A stretch of 64,000 nucleotides of DNA from Pecten maximus (Eukaryota), in NCBI RefSeq assembly GCF_902652985.1, contig NC_047024.1:25730001-25794000 (forward strand), in the 5' to 3' direction. The translations under genes and the position numbers were made by a program. Below the pieces are notes generated by a model that was not told the origin of the DNA, made no database searches, and worked only from the letters and a program-made list of their open reading frames with translations. Position 1 is the stretch's first letter, and each line of letters begins with the position of its first letter. Below are positions 48,216-60,625 of the stretch, one piece after another.

Positions 48216-49820
48216 AACACACTATTGCAATGCATAAATACTTTTACGCCCACTTGAAATGACCGATAACTCTAGGAACGAGAATGACGTGTAGTACAAC
48301 CAGGTGGAGCTGCGACTTAATTTTATTTTCAATAAAATGTTTTTTTTAAGGAATATTTACAGTTTACCTCGCCAAAGACTCAATGCTATTAATACACTTG
48401 TTTGCATATACTAGTATATCTCATATGAAATGCAAACCCATATGGCACAATATATTTTCTATATACAGGTATGTTTTAACTTATGTATATTTTGTTGAAA
48501 TTGAAAGAATTAAAAAAAATAAAAAATCGTAATGCCTCCTTAACCCGTATACTTAAACCCTGGTGTATCACACATACTATATATATTCACAGTGGAAGGA
48601 TGGCAGAGTTAACTCCCTTAGTCATACACGAAACACCAATCAGATTATCATGAGGAAAAAGTAAAAAGGATGGTACAAAATAACATAATTATCTATGGAA
48701 ATGTATATAAAATTAAGTACATGCACACCGAATAGGGAATATAAAACTACATCATATACCTGTCGAGCTGTCTGGTCTTTCTGATGCCAAGGGTGAAAAG
48801 ATAGATCCAAGGAGATAATAATAGTGAGATTGTGTCCTAGTGTTATTTTTCAATGACTATGCATTGTCGCACACATTCATTAAGATCCATTTAAAGCTGA
48901 TACATCGCCAACAAAAAAATGAGTATTAATGATTTAAAACAAGAATAGGTCGTTGTATATTTTCATATAATACCAATCGTTACATACTTTACACTATCAT
49001 CATTCTTCAAACTGTTTAGTTTATCGTTTTTATCTTTCAAATTTCAAAATGAAGAACTAATTATTTGCATCCTGGAGAATATCCACTGTGCGTTGCCTCC
49101 ATATTTTGTATTTATTTTTTTCGGTCCTAAAAACGATAATTTTGGGACATTGTTATAAATTGTTTTAACTCTTTGGTGTTAACTAGATAGACAAACTTTA
49201 TTATATCGAACTCTGATAACTCGAAGACCCTGCTAAAAATTCAGTCCTTGGTTACCTCGAACCCTCGTGATAACTCGAAGTTATTTCATGGGGCCCCATT
49301 GCCTTTGAGATAACGAGGTTCGACATTATATTGATATCCCATAGCAGCCGTTTTATGCATGTTTGTGAGAAGCATACATACCGGGATAGTGTCTAACATC
49401 AAATTACATTTTCTTCCACCTAACACAACATCATATACCCAGTCGCTGGACCAGGGCATGATTCAGCCTCCGAAGATAAAATACAAGAAACGTCAGTTAT
49501 TACATCTAGTAAAATAAATTGATTGACAACCAACCATTTGTGGATCTGATCTGCTGAAGGAGAATCACACTCTTGCTACTCTAACTGATTATCAGAGGTT
49601 GAGGAGAAGTTCCATCACCAAGTACTCTTACTTATAATGACTGGATTGCGATTTGTGTGTTGGTGGTGTTATTTTTATCATTATCTTGATAACGTTTTAC
49701 CTATAATGTATTTATATGCCCTATCAAGGACTTAACAGACATTGATAATATAATGCCAACTTGTCAGACAGAGTTATTGACTGAATGGACAAGCATGGGA
49801 AATTATAAAGGGCGTCCAGA

Positions 49821-50322
49821 AGATTTCAAGATTTCAAGATTTTTTATTCGCTCAAGACACACAAAGTGTGTAACAAGAGGTCGATATGACAAAACAATGT
49901 ACATGGCTTACAGGGTAATAACTTGAAAATACAAGTGTATATATACTAACGTAGTTATAAACAATGCTATCTCACTATACATATACAAAAAAATGTAATA
50001 ACTACAATACAACATATGAAATATTGTACTTATCTATTATCTACGTGAAATACAAAGTTTTTCTACATTTTTCAGGAAATGACTAACTCTAGATAATAAT
50101 GACTTGTTACATATTTCAAACATACCTTCCATTTTAGTTAAACTAGGATTTATATAATAATAATTTGGAATGTATTTGTGTCTAAACTCTGTCACTAAAA
50201 TGTTATTGCATTGAAATAAATAGTGGTATTCTTCACCAATACCGTTATGACATAATAAGCAATCACGATTATTACGTGGTATACCAATCCATCTACCAGT
50301 TTCAACAGGTAACTTAACAAAA

Positions 50323-50325
<3 letters not shown>
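49821..50325 (-). mobile_element. LINE (L2/CR1-group) 3' fragment with C-terminal CCHC region
   Basis: KLPVETGRWIGIPRNNRDCLLCHNGIGEEYHYLFQC, then a 3' UTR, aataaa and an (atcttgaa)n tail; abuts a (CAA)n microsatellite at about 50324-50361. Confidence 0.85.
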
Positions 50326-50363
<38 letters not shown>

Positions 50364-50924
50364 ATGACTGTGAAAGTGATGAGAGTGACAGTCCCAGGAT
50401 GTTGTTTTGCTGATTTGAACCAAGCCAATGAAAATGATTTTGTGTTTAAATTCAAATTGTTTGCTTTGCAGTACATGCAGGGAATACAGAAATTGCGAGT
50501 CGTGTGTCTCAATCCGACGATAATTTGTCAGAAATGGCAGTGAATGTAATCAAATATTACCATTACACATTTTTTGTATGACTTTGATACCATGGCAACC
50601 AAACGTTTTGAGAAAAAACAAAAACAAAACGAAAAACTTGACCACATCTGCACAAGATACCTAATATTCCTGTGTAGTTTCATTAATAAACAACAACAAA
50701 GAATATTGACATAATAACGAAAACATTATTCAAACTCAAAATCGATTGAATTAAGGAGAAACAAACACAAAAATGTAGATTGACATGGAGACTCCCGAAA
50801 AAGAACTTGGATGATACTTTAGTAATAACATGTGATTCGAAAGAGTAGGCGTCTTGTCATCATCGACGACCCCCGATATACGGATCCAAATACGGTTTGT
50901 GGCACAATCTCAAATGAGAGTTAA

Positions 50925-51424
50925 AGCGACCTAAGTGTTAAAAATCAAAAGGAGAAAAAGATATATAAAGTGATATCTTCCAAGAGTTACACTTTCTATT
51001 ATAGGGAACAACCAACCCAACGTTGAGCCAAGGATAAAATGTCTTGCAGCCACTGATTGGCCAGTATGTTATGAAGTGAGAAAATAGATATGTAGCCTGA
51101 TAGGTAACTATCAATAAGAAATGTTGATATAAATTTCGTAAGTCCGATTGGTTTTTTTCCCAAAAGCTCACGTAATAATAGTAAACAGGTAAACATTTAC
51201 GATTTTTGAGAATTTTTACTGCGAAATTCACCTATTTTCAAAATGGCTACCCTGGAGAAAATTTGAGCTGAAGGACCCAACTTTTTTTTTTGATTAGGTG
51301 TTATATCAGACCCTAAACTTTTGTTATAAACCATAATCGTCATATTCAATTCAAGAATTTGAATGAAATAATCCAAAACGTTAACACTAAAGTCTATGGG
51401 AAAACAATTGGTTGGTTGGTCTCT
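50925..51424. mobile_element. Kolobok-like non-autonomous DNA transposon
   Basis: ttaa|agcgacc ... ggtctct|ttaa: TTAA TSD with short AG-starting TIRs. Confidence 0.45.
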
Positions 51425-51709
51425 TTAATTGCTAAAGTTAAACGTGACTGCAACAAACACGTGTTTTCTTTTCAACGGAAGTAAATGTCCGACTCGGCTT
51501 TCTCCATAATAAATCGAACATTATTATGTTTACAAGCAACAGTCGAAGTGAACACTGTTTTAACAACGAAACTATGTACAAAAACAGCGAAGTTGACGGT
51601 ATAGGCTAGTGTATCGTTCTATTATGGGTATATTTGATTATCTATAGGTCGAACTCTTCGTTTCCTGAGGGCGAAAACTAAGGTAAGAGTCGCTTTAATG
51701 TGATGAAAA

Positions 51710-51970
51710 TGGAACCGCATATTTCCAAATGAGATCATGATGCTGTCCGTAAAAATTCCCTATAGCCATCAACCTGCATCTCTCGACATCTCGTGTTCTT
51801 AATTTCTCCGTCAGTAGTCGACAGCACTCACGGAAATTGTGATGATGGGAACAAGCCCTTGGATATCGAATCAACTTGTAGGCACCGTAGGTAGGGGATG
51901 CAGGGATGTCGCTACCTAGAAAGGGAAAATTAACAATTGGGAAATTGAGATCATCATGCTTATAATAAAA
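51710..51970 (-). mobile_element. Penelope-like RT C-terminal fragment
   Basis: FYYKHDDLNFPIVNFPFLGSDIPASPTYGAYKLIRYPRACSHHHNFRECCRLLTEKL...FYGQHHDLIWKY. Confidence 0.85.
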
Positions 51971-52825
51971 TCGCCTAAAGTTGAAATATCTGTATTGTCA
52001 TTGATTTCAAGTTATATATTCGATCGTTATGGTTATTTAAATAATAATAATAATATTTTTTTATCATTATTATTTGAAGATAAGACTTCGTCAATATACC
52101 TTTAAATGAACTTGAAAAACTTTGCATGATCTCTTCAATAAAATCAGCTTCAAAAATAAAAATAGGTGGGCACAGTTTGATCCTGCGGGTATTCCAATAG
52201 TTTGTTGGACAATCTGATCACCAAACTCAGAAGAGATGTTGTCAATGTTGTCAATCAGAAATCTATTAGAACTAGTCGTATGTTTTACGAAATAAACAAA
52301 TACACTCCTGTGTAGTTCACAGCTATGTACTTACATTCAATTGGTTTGCGTGTTAAGAGCCATGGTTAGGGTTTCATTTTTCAATATTAAGACGTGCAGT
52401 TATGACAAACCTTTGGAACAATAATAAAATCCAATATTAGATACAGTATTAATTTTATATAGAATATCTACCTGGTATTTTTTACAAAGTGCCTCAATAA
52501 TGCATTTACCAGTCCCTGTATTTAAAGATATTTTTGTATGGCATTTTGTGTTTTGTGAAGGATGATGGTGTTTTATTAATTGGTACATTATATATATCTA
52601 CATAGATATCCTTATTTTCGTATCCTGTAATATTCATAAATTGTATTAGATCATTAGTTATAGATATGTTGCTTTTTCTTTTCTTTCAACTGCCCCCTCC
52701 GATTTTTTATAATAAATTGCTTCCCGATTATTATACAATACAAATAAGGTTTGTATTTCATAATATTTATAGAACATCTTAAACCACCTTTTTATAATGT
52801 CCGACTGTATATAGACTTGCCTTGG

Positions 52826-55800
52826 TTCAGACCACGTGTGTTAGACTATAATATCACTGGTATGTTATTTACCTGTGTCTGGCGAATCAATCACCCTCGC
52901 CTCTGACAGGCCGGTCAAGGTTTACGTCACGTCTCTGAATACGTCTCCATCCCTGACCTGTTTATACAATACGTAATTCCAAGTGATGTTTATATGGGAT
53001 GATAAAAAGGTAACGGGTTTTCCCACAATGACATTTTAAATTCTTGGAAACACTAATACAATGCGATAAAGAAGGAGAACGATATGGGATTCGTTTTAAT
53101 ATTTTAGAGAAAGATGAAATCAGGTGACTTAATGATACATGTTCCTGGTGTCCTTAATTAAACTATCTGTTATATATGTGACCTTCGTATAAATCACTGG
53201 GAAATGACATCATGAAAATACAAGATTCTTCGTTTTCAGGTATGTATCTTTTAATATTAACAATGTATATAATATATGTTCTTATCTTAAACCCTACTGT
53301 CGTTATAGTGTTCCTGTGCATGTTTTCAATGTCGTTACATTATGTTGTTAGACTCATATTTTTAAATTCTGAACTATTGAATTGATAAGTCAATAATATT
53401 ATCATTCTGTTTCATTTTTTAGATAAAATTTCCTTAGCTATACAAAATATTATCCTCCCTGCACCAAATTTGTTCTACATAACCATCTTCAAAGATGCTA
53501 TGCCACCGAAAGTGTATTAACTGCTTGATTTAAACATGTTTTGTTAGCATCTTTGTATATACAAGCGAATTGGGCACATGCTATCCAATTTATACTAAGC
53601 CTATATTCAATATAATGTTACAATATACATTTTTAAAATAAAGCATATTCACATATTTACATAATATTAGAGAGACAGACACAAAGACAGAGATAGACAG
53701 ACAGAGAGCAGCTTGTCACACAAATAACAATAACGGTATAGAAATGTATTACTTAACACCGCCAAATGAATAGAAATAACAATATCCTAAAAATGATCAC
53801 TTATAAGACCGAAAGTTACCCAACACCAAATAGCACAACGACATCACGGTTTGTCTGAATAAATTTCAGAAATGAAACTACGTCTATCCAAAAGAGGCGA
53901 ACATAAACCCAAAAAAAATCTGGATTCAATCTATCATTTATTCATTTTATAATCGAAAGATAATAGCGAAGAGTTTATAACCTTTGTTCTACATAATCAT
54001 CTTTAACTTGTGTTTTCTCCAGAGATTTTCGCGAAAGATATAACCTGCCTGACCTTTGGTTATAAGTCAGAATTTCCTTCTGTCAGTGCTTCTCCGTTTG
54101 ATGTAACGTAATCCTTTGTGTATAGTCCACTCCGGTTCTCAATGAACAAGGTTAATACAACTATTTACTTGATATATATGTCCACTCACAGTATAAATTT
54201 ATCCTTCATATCTCAAACGTAAACAGCAATGTCGGCACCTGATAGTACCAAGGAAACATGGATTTGACAATTATCGTATAGCCCGCCTTTTGATATTTTT
54301 TAGGAAAACATTTTGTCATATAGCCCGCAGACATTTTTTAATGTTTTAAATTATGTAGCTCACGGGCAATATTCCGGAAAATAAGGTAATATATCTAGGT
54401 GTGTACGTGGGGCAGTAAAGTCCGACACGTCAACATAGCTGCTATATAACAACCGTTTTGTACACCTTGACAAAAGGGATTTGTTGAGGCAGCCTTATGA
54501 TATTTATCTCTTCTAATTCCACATCATTACTAGTTAGATACGTCTAATTCCACATGATTACTAGTTAGATACTTCTAATTCCACATCATTACTAGTTAGA
54601 TACGTCTAATTCCACATCATTACTAGTTAGATACTTCTAATTCCACATCATTACTAGTTAGATACGTCTAATTCCACATCATTACTAGTTAGATACTTCT
54701 TATTCCACATGATTACTAGTTAGATACTTCTAATTCCACATGATTACTAGTTAGATACTTCTAATTCCACATCATTACTAGTAAGATACATGGGCAAAAC
54801 ATATGTAAGAATTAGCACTAAGTTATCAATTGTAATTTAGATATCGGAAACATCAGACAGTTCGTTTACTCAGAACCACCATAAGAATTAGCTCTTAATT
54901 ACCAATTGTAATGTGGATACTTAGAACCACCAGAAGAATTTAGAGGACACAAGCGTTGGTTAAACGTTTGTACGAAAGTGCACAAACCCCATAGGTCAAT
55001 CCAGTTAAAACAATTGGGATATTGGATGATATGCAGAACAGAGGCCACAATTCATAAGAATTTAGATATGGAATGTAGGGCTACAGAATAGGCTTGTAAA
55101 GGATACAGTATATACTGAATAAAGCATAATTCGTTCGAAGACTCTAGAAGGGATCATGTACTGTAACCGTACCTATTTTAGCAGTAATAATATCTTAGCG
55201 CTTTTCGCGCCGGAAAACGTTGCGCAAAATTATGATTGTGTTAATTGCACTTCATGAATACAAATTATGTTGTAAAAATAAATGCGAATGCGCCAATTTA
55301 TCATTACGCTTATCTGTTGAAAGTATAATGCTCTAAATTTGAGTTCAGTTCGTTTACACTATAAAGAAGGGTGTGTGTTTTAACCTCCGGATCTAATTTG
55401 GTACAGTTTGGAAAATGAACACACACACACACACAAAATAAATAGATAAAAAAAAACATTCCGACCATGGATATTTTAAGCCACATCCACTATTCATGAG
55501 ATTTTGAACGTGATATGCAGCAACAGACAACCCTCAGGGACTTAAAATCGACAGGCAGAGCTTACCACACAGCAATCTCAAAGGATTAATACACAAACCT
55601 TTATTTATGGTATCAGTTATAGATCCAATACGTGACGATGTTTATCTGTGTGTTGTGATGATGAAGACTTCAAATATAATTACTTCCCTTTATTCAGACC
55701 ACGTGTGTTTGACAATATTACATCGCATAGGTGTGCTATTTACTTGTTTGTCTAGCAAATTAATCATCCTGTCAGCGTCCACGTCCTTGAATTAATGTCC

Positions 55801-56700
55801 CTTAAACAGTTTACATAGTGCGTAATTTCTCGTGATGTCTATATAGAATTGTAAAAAGGTATACGGGATTTTCCTTACAGAATCCAGAATTCTTGGAACC
55901 CCCATACGATTAAGAAGACGAGCAATATGGTATTCCACTTATTAACTTTTGGGAAAGATGAAAGCAGGTGAACAATTGATATGTTTTCTTATGTCTATTT
56001 ATTAAACTCTCCGTTATATTTGTGTTAATCATTCTCGTTGGGATATTACACAATGAAAAAGCAGGATTCTAAATATTAACAATATAAATCATATTGGTAT
56101 TCTTGTCTACAGCCCTGCTCTCATTTCACCGTTTTAAGTTAATCTGCACATTTTGGCACAACTTGAAAAACACATTTTTATACAATATATGATCTCCTGG
56201 CTCCGCCTGATATGAACCCAACTAAGATTTGTTGAAAGACGATATTGCAAAGCGATCCTAAATTTATATTTTGAAATGATTAACTACTGGAATTATGCTT
56301 TAGTCATTTATATTATGATTATATTTACTTTTTACATGAAATTCCATAAGCTACAAAACATTTCATCATTCCTCGACCAACATTTTCTACATAACCGTCT
56401 TTAAATGTGATAACGTCCCAGATGTACATTATAGATATATAAATCATATTGATATCTAGTCTCCGGAGATTTTCCCGGAAGATAGAACCTGTCTGACCTT
56501 TGGTTATAACTAGTTGTGGGATTTCCTTCTGTCCGTACTTGTCTCGGTGTATATAGGTATGTACGCAATAAAGTCTGATACATACCTGTTATATAGCATC
56601 CGTTTTGTACATAGATAAATTATGTATTATGCAAATAACAATATACCATTGACAAAAGGGATTTGTTGAGGCAGCCTTCCAAGTTAGCCATTTCTGGTTG
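52826..56700 (+). repeat. Diverged local tandem duplication (about 52826-54500 vs 55693-56700), possibly decayed exons
   Basis: Collinear shared blocks ttcagaccacgtgtgtt, gaaagatgaaa.caggtga, ttctacataacc.tctt, ctgacctttggttataa and an identical 30-mer at 54467-54496 / 56649-56678. Confidence 0.75.
54511..54789. repeat. 31-bp minisatellite, 9 copies (ctaattccacatcattactagttagatacgt)
   Basis: Tandem units visible. Confidence 0.95.
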
Positions 56701-56759
56701 TTACACCATCGCAGTTCATATACGTATGTATGATGACTGTTAATTTAGTGAACACGAAG

Positions 56760-57890
56760 CATTACTGTTGTTTAGTCTGTTAGACATAGAGTTTATAATT
56801 ACTGTTGTTTAGTCTGTTAGACGTGGAGTATAAATACTGTTGTTTAGTCTGTTAGACATGGAGTATAATTACTGTTGTTTAGTCTGATAGATAAGGAGTA
56901 TTATTATTGTTGTTTAGTCTGTTAGACATGGAGTATAATTACCGTTGTTTAGTCTTTTAGACATGGAGTATAATTACTGTTGTTTAGTCTGTTAGACATA
57001 GAGTTTATAATTACTGTTGTTTAGTCTGTTAGACGTGGAGTATAATTACTGTTGTTTAGTCTGTTAGACATGGAGTATAATTACTGTTGTTTAGTCTGTT
57101 AGATAAGGAGTATTATTATTGTTGTTTAGTCTGTTAGACATGGAGTATAATTACTGTTGTTTAGTCTTTTAGACATGGAGTATAATTACTGTTGTTTAGT
57201 CTGTTAGACATGGAGTATAATTACTGTTGTTTAGTCTGTTAGACATGGAGTATAATTACTGTTGTTTAGTCTGTTAGACATGGAGTATAATTACTGTTGT
57301 TTAGTCTGTTAGACATGGAATATAATTACTGTTGTTTAGTCTGTTAGACATGGAGTATAATTACTGTTGTTTAGTCTGTTAGACATGGAGTATAATTACT
57401 GTTGTTTAGTCTGTTAGACATGGAGTATATGATTACTGTTGTTTTAGTTTGTTAGACCTGGAATGAATAATTACTGTTGTTTAAGTCTGTTAGACATGGA
57501 ATGTATAATAACTGTTAATTCATCTGTATACAACACGAAGCATATAATTACTGTTGTTTAGTCTGTTAGACATGGAGTATAATTACTGTTGTTTAGTCTG
57601 TTAGACATGGAGTATATATTTACTGTTGTTTAGTCTATTAGACATGAATGTATATAATTACTATTGTTTAAGTATGTTAGGCATGGAATGTATAATAACT
57701 GTTTATTCATCTGTACAACACGAAGCATATAATTACTGTTGTTTAGTCTGTTAGACACGGAGTATATACTCACTGTTGTTTTGGTCTGTTAGACATGGAA
57801 TGTATAATTACTTATTTTTAAGTATGTTAGGCATCAAGTAAATCAATTGATGTTGTTTTAGTCTGTAGTACATGGAGTTTAAATTTACCG
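56760..57890. repeat. 35-bp minisatellite, about 30 copies (ttactgttgtttagtctgttagacatggagtataa)
   Basis: Tandem units, homogeneous in the centre and degenerate at the right end. Confidence 0.95.
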
Positions 57891-60587
57891 TTATTTTATT
57901 CTATACGTTTATTGCAGGAATTATATAACTATTGTTGTTGAGCATATGAATTGTCTATGTATCTTATTAATATGTCGTGTAAAATCGATTTGAATTTGAA
58001 TTTGAATTTGAATTTTGGAATTGCATTACTGCCAAATCAATGAATGCATTGTCTATTCGCCTTCGTCAAATATGTAACTATCTATGAATGTATTACAAAT
58101 AAGCTTCATATCCATCGCTTTATATGATAATTATAGAATCAGAAAAACTCCGTAAACTATAACATCCAGCATCCGACGATCCCGCATGTTTATTTGTATA
58201 CTAAACTAATGCATATACAGTTATAATCTGATCAATGAAACACAACAAAATTGTTTTCCTTGTGTATAAACAGCTTAACTACTATTTAGCAAATATTCAT
58301 AGAATTGTATTGTGTTTGATTACTGAGTAAATTGAACTAAAACTGAAAATAAGTTGTATATTTAGTAAGATTATACGAAATATAATCATACGTGGTTGCG
58401 CATTTTGATCTTTGAGAAATTTGACCTAGAGGAAGCTTGTTGGGCTAATGCGATAGATGTCATGTTAAAGTTTAAAATGTACAGCTACTCTTGGAACATC
58501 TCCTAAACATCAGTGAAACAATTAAATAAATATCAATATTCAAACGCATGATATTTTTGTTGGTAGGTCAGTACAATGCTTAAGAGTTTATGTTTTAAAT
58601 ATAGTGTACATATGGAGATGTAATGTATTTATCATGACAAACTGACAAGACTTGGGCATGTGCCCACATATCTAACCTTGCGCAGCTGTTGCTTCCTCTA
58701 CTGCTGTTATTGCATTAAATACGGCCTGTACAGGTAGGGGCAGACAGGTAAAACGGACAGGTAAGTCTGTTTATAGGTAAACTCGCCTAGAGTTGTGTCA
58801 CGCCTGATACAGGACCTTTATGATTAACACTGACAATATGTCTTAAATGGAGGATTTTGTTTCGGATTATGGACTCTTCTGTGCTGGTAAACAAACTACT
58901 CATACTCATGTGATTTTTTTTTAATCTTTAATGTCTGTAATAATTAGCTTTTGTTTGATGATAGTTACAATGATGTAGAGGCAACCGATTACTGTTGTAT
59001 TTTATCGAGAGTCGCCTAGCATAGAAAGGAAATGTTAATATCTATAAAATACAATGAGGTTATACCTTTTTTTTTAACTTGAAAAATTTTAATTGAACAA
59101 AATGGGGTAACGAATTGATTAATGATAAGGAAGAAATTACTTTATTTCATGAAACCATTTTTCCTGTTTAGGAAGTTTATTGTGAATAATAGTGTATAGA
59201 CAGTGAATGGTTAGTTTTAATATTTCAGTAACAACATTGTCTGACAGCGTCATTTAAATAAATGATATGTAAAGCGTATGTAAAATTTGGACACTGTAGT
59301 CTATACTGTGCGAAGTGACAGTCGACTTGACAGGTCGATCTGGCTACACTTTCAAACGTTCAATCAAAATCAATCAAAAATCGACAGGTCGATTCGGCAG
59401 CATAATACGAATATATACGAGTATTTAGGCAGTTTCATATGCGTTCACAGTACTAAATTGTTGTTAAATCGGGTAATGCGAAAGACTATTGGAAGCCATA
59501 TTGCAATTTAACATACTCAATTGACACTGAGATAATATAAGTTATACGTTTGTAACAAAGATTTCTTTAACTTGAATGCGTTTCTTTTTTTCTCGTAAGA
59601 TTATCAATTTTACCTGCCTCTAGGCAGCTTGCATCACTGATCAGTCATATTGCAGTTTAATTAATTTTGACTTTACGGTCTGTAATTTGTATCGCGTATC
59701 AGTCATATTGAAGTTTAATTTTGACTTTACGGTATGTAATTTGTAATGAAATGTGATGATATCTGCTATGTCCTTTTTTACAATCCCTGCTGCATCGAAA
59801 TACAAAATGTCACCTACAAGATACGCTGTATAAATGATTATTATTGAACTGTATTGAATATATCCTTCCATGAACTACTAACCTCATATTAGCCCGTGCA
59901 CAGTACATATAATAGTACCACTTGAAGAAGTATACATAATTAATGACTTTCACACAGTTATACCTTCTATCATACCATCAACTAGATATTACAGGTATGT
60001 CGAAGATTATAGCTACATATAACTCAACACGTTTCCTCCCATGACGACAACAAACAAAAATAGCTTGTCAACATCAGTATTGTAAGGTAACGGCAGCATA
60101 AAATGTTAATTGCAAGAAAGCACGCTTTTTTCAAAGCATGTTATTGTAGAATAATTCACTAAGTTCCCTATCATGGCGTCAAACGACAAAAACCGAGGCT
60201 TTAGGGAATTTACCGAGACCATGAATTTTAATGACACGAAATGACATGAGGCAGCATACTTAAAATTTTATTTGGTAAAGATATTCTTATTTCTAGTAAG
60301 ATTAATTGATATATTACTTTCTGTCTCGACATTCAATCTCTTAAATGGTTTACCTGAAATTTTATGTTTATGCTTGACATTTTAGTGGCAATATAGTGCA
60401 TATGCCTCATGTAACGTCTTATAAATAGAGCAATCACCTACGAATACACGCTCATGTACTCAGCTAGTCTCCAAAATATACCAAATTGATTCAATAAGGG
60501 TGAGTCTCCCCATTATATATCGTTACGGTCAATTTATTAACTTTTACTAAGTTCCCGTCTCGATTCCTACGTTTTTTTAAAGTAAAA

Positions 60588-60625
60588 TTGACGAGTCCTA
60601 GAAGGACGAAACAGTGGTATGATGC
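60588..60625 (+). ncRNA. 5'-truncated minimal hammerhead ribozyme copy
   Basis: UUGACGA GUCC UAGAA GGAC GAAA CAGUGG UA ugaugc; lacks C3 and the 5' arm of stem I. Confidence 0.6.

Noticed and set aside
50037-50512. Poly-Cys / poly-Val proteins
   Set aside because: Translations of a (CAA)n microsatellite fused to a LINE fragment.
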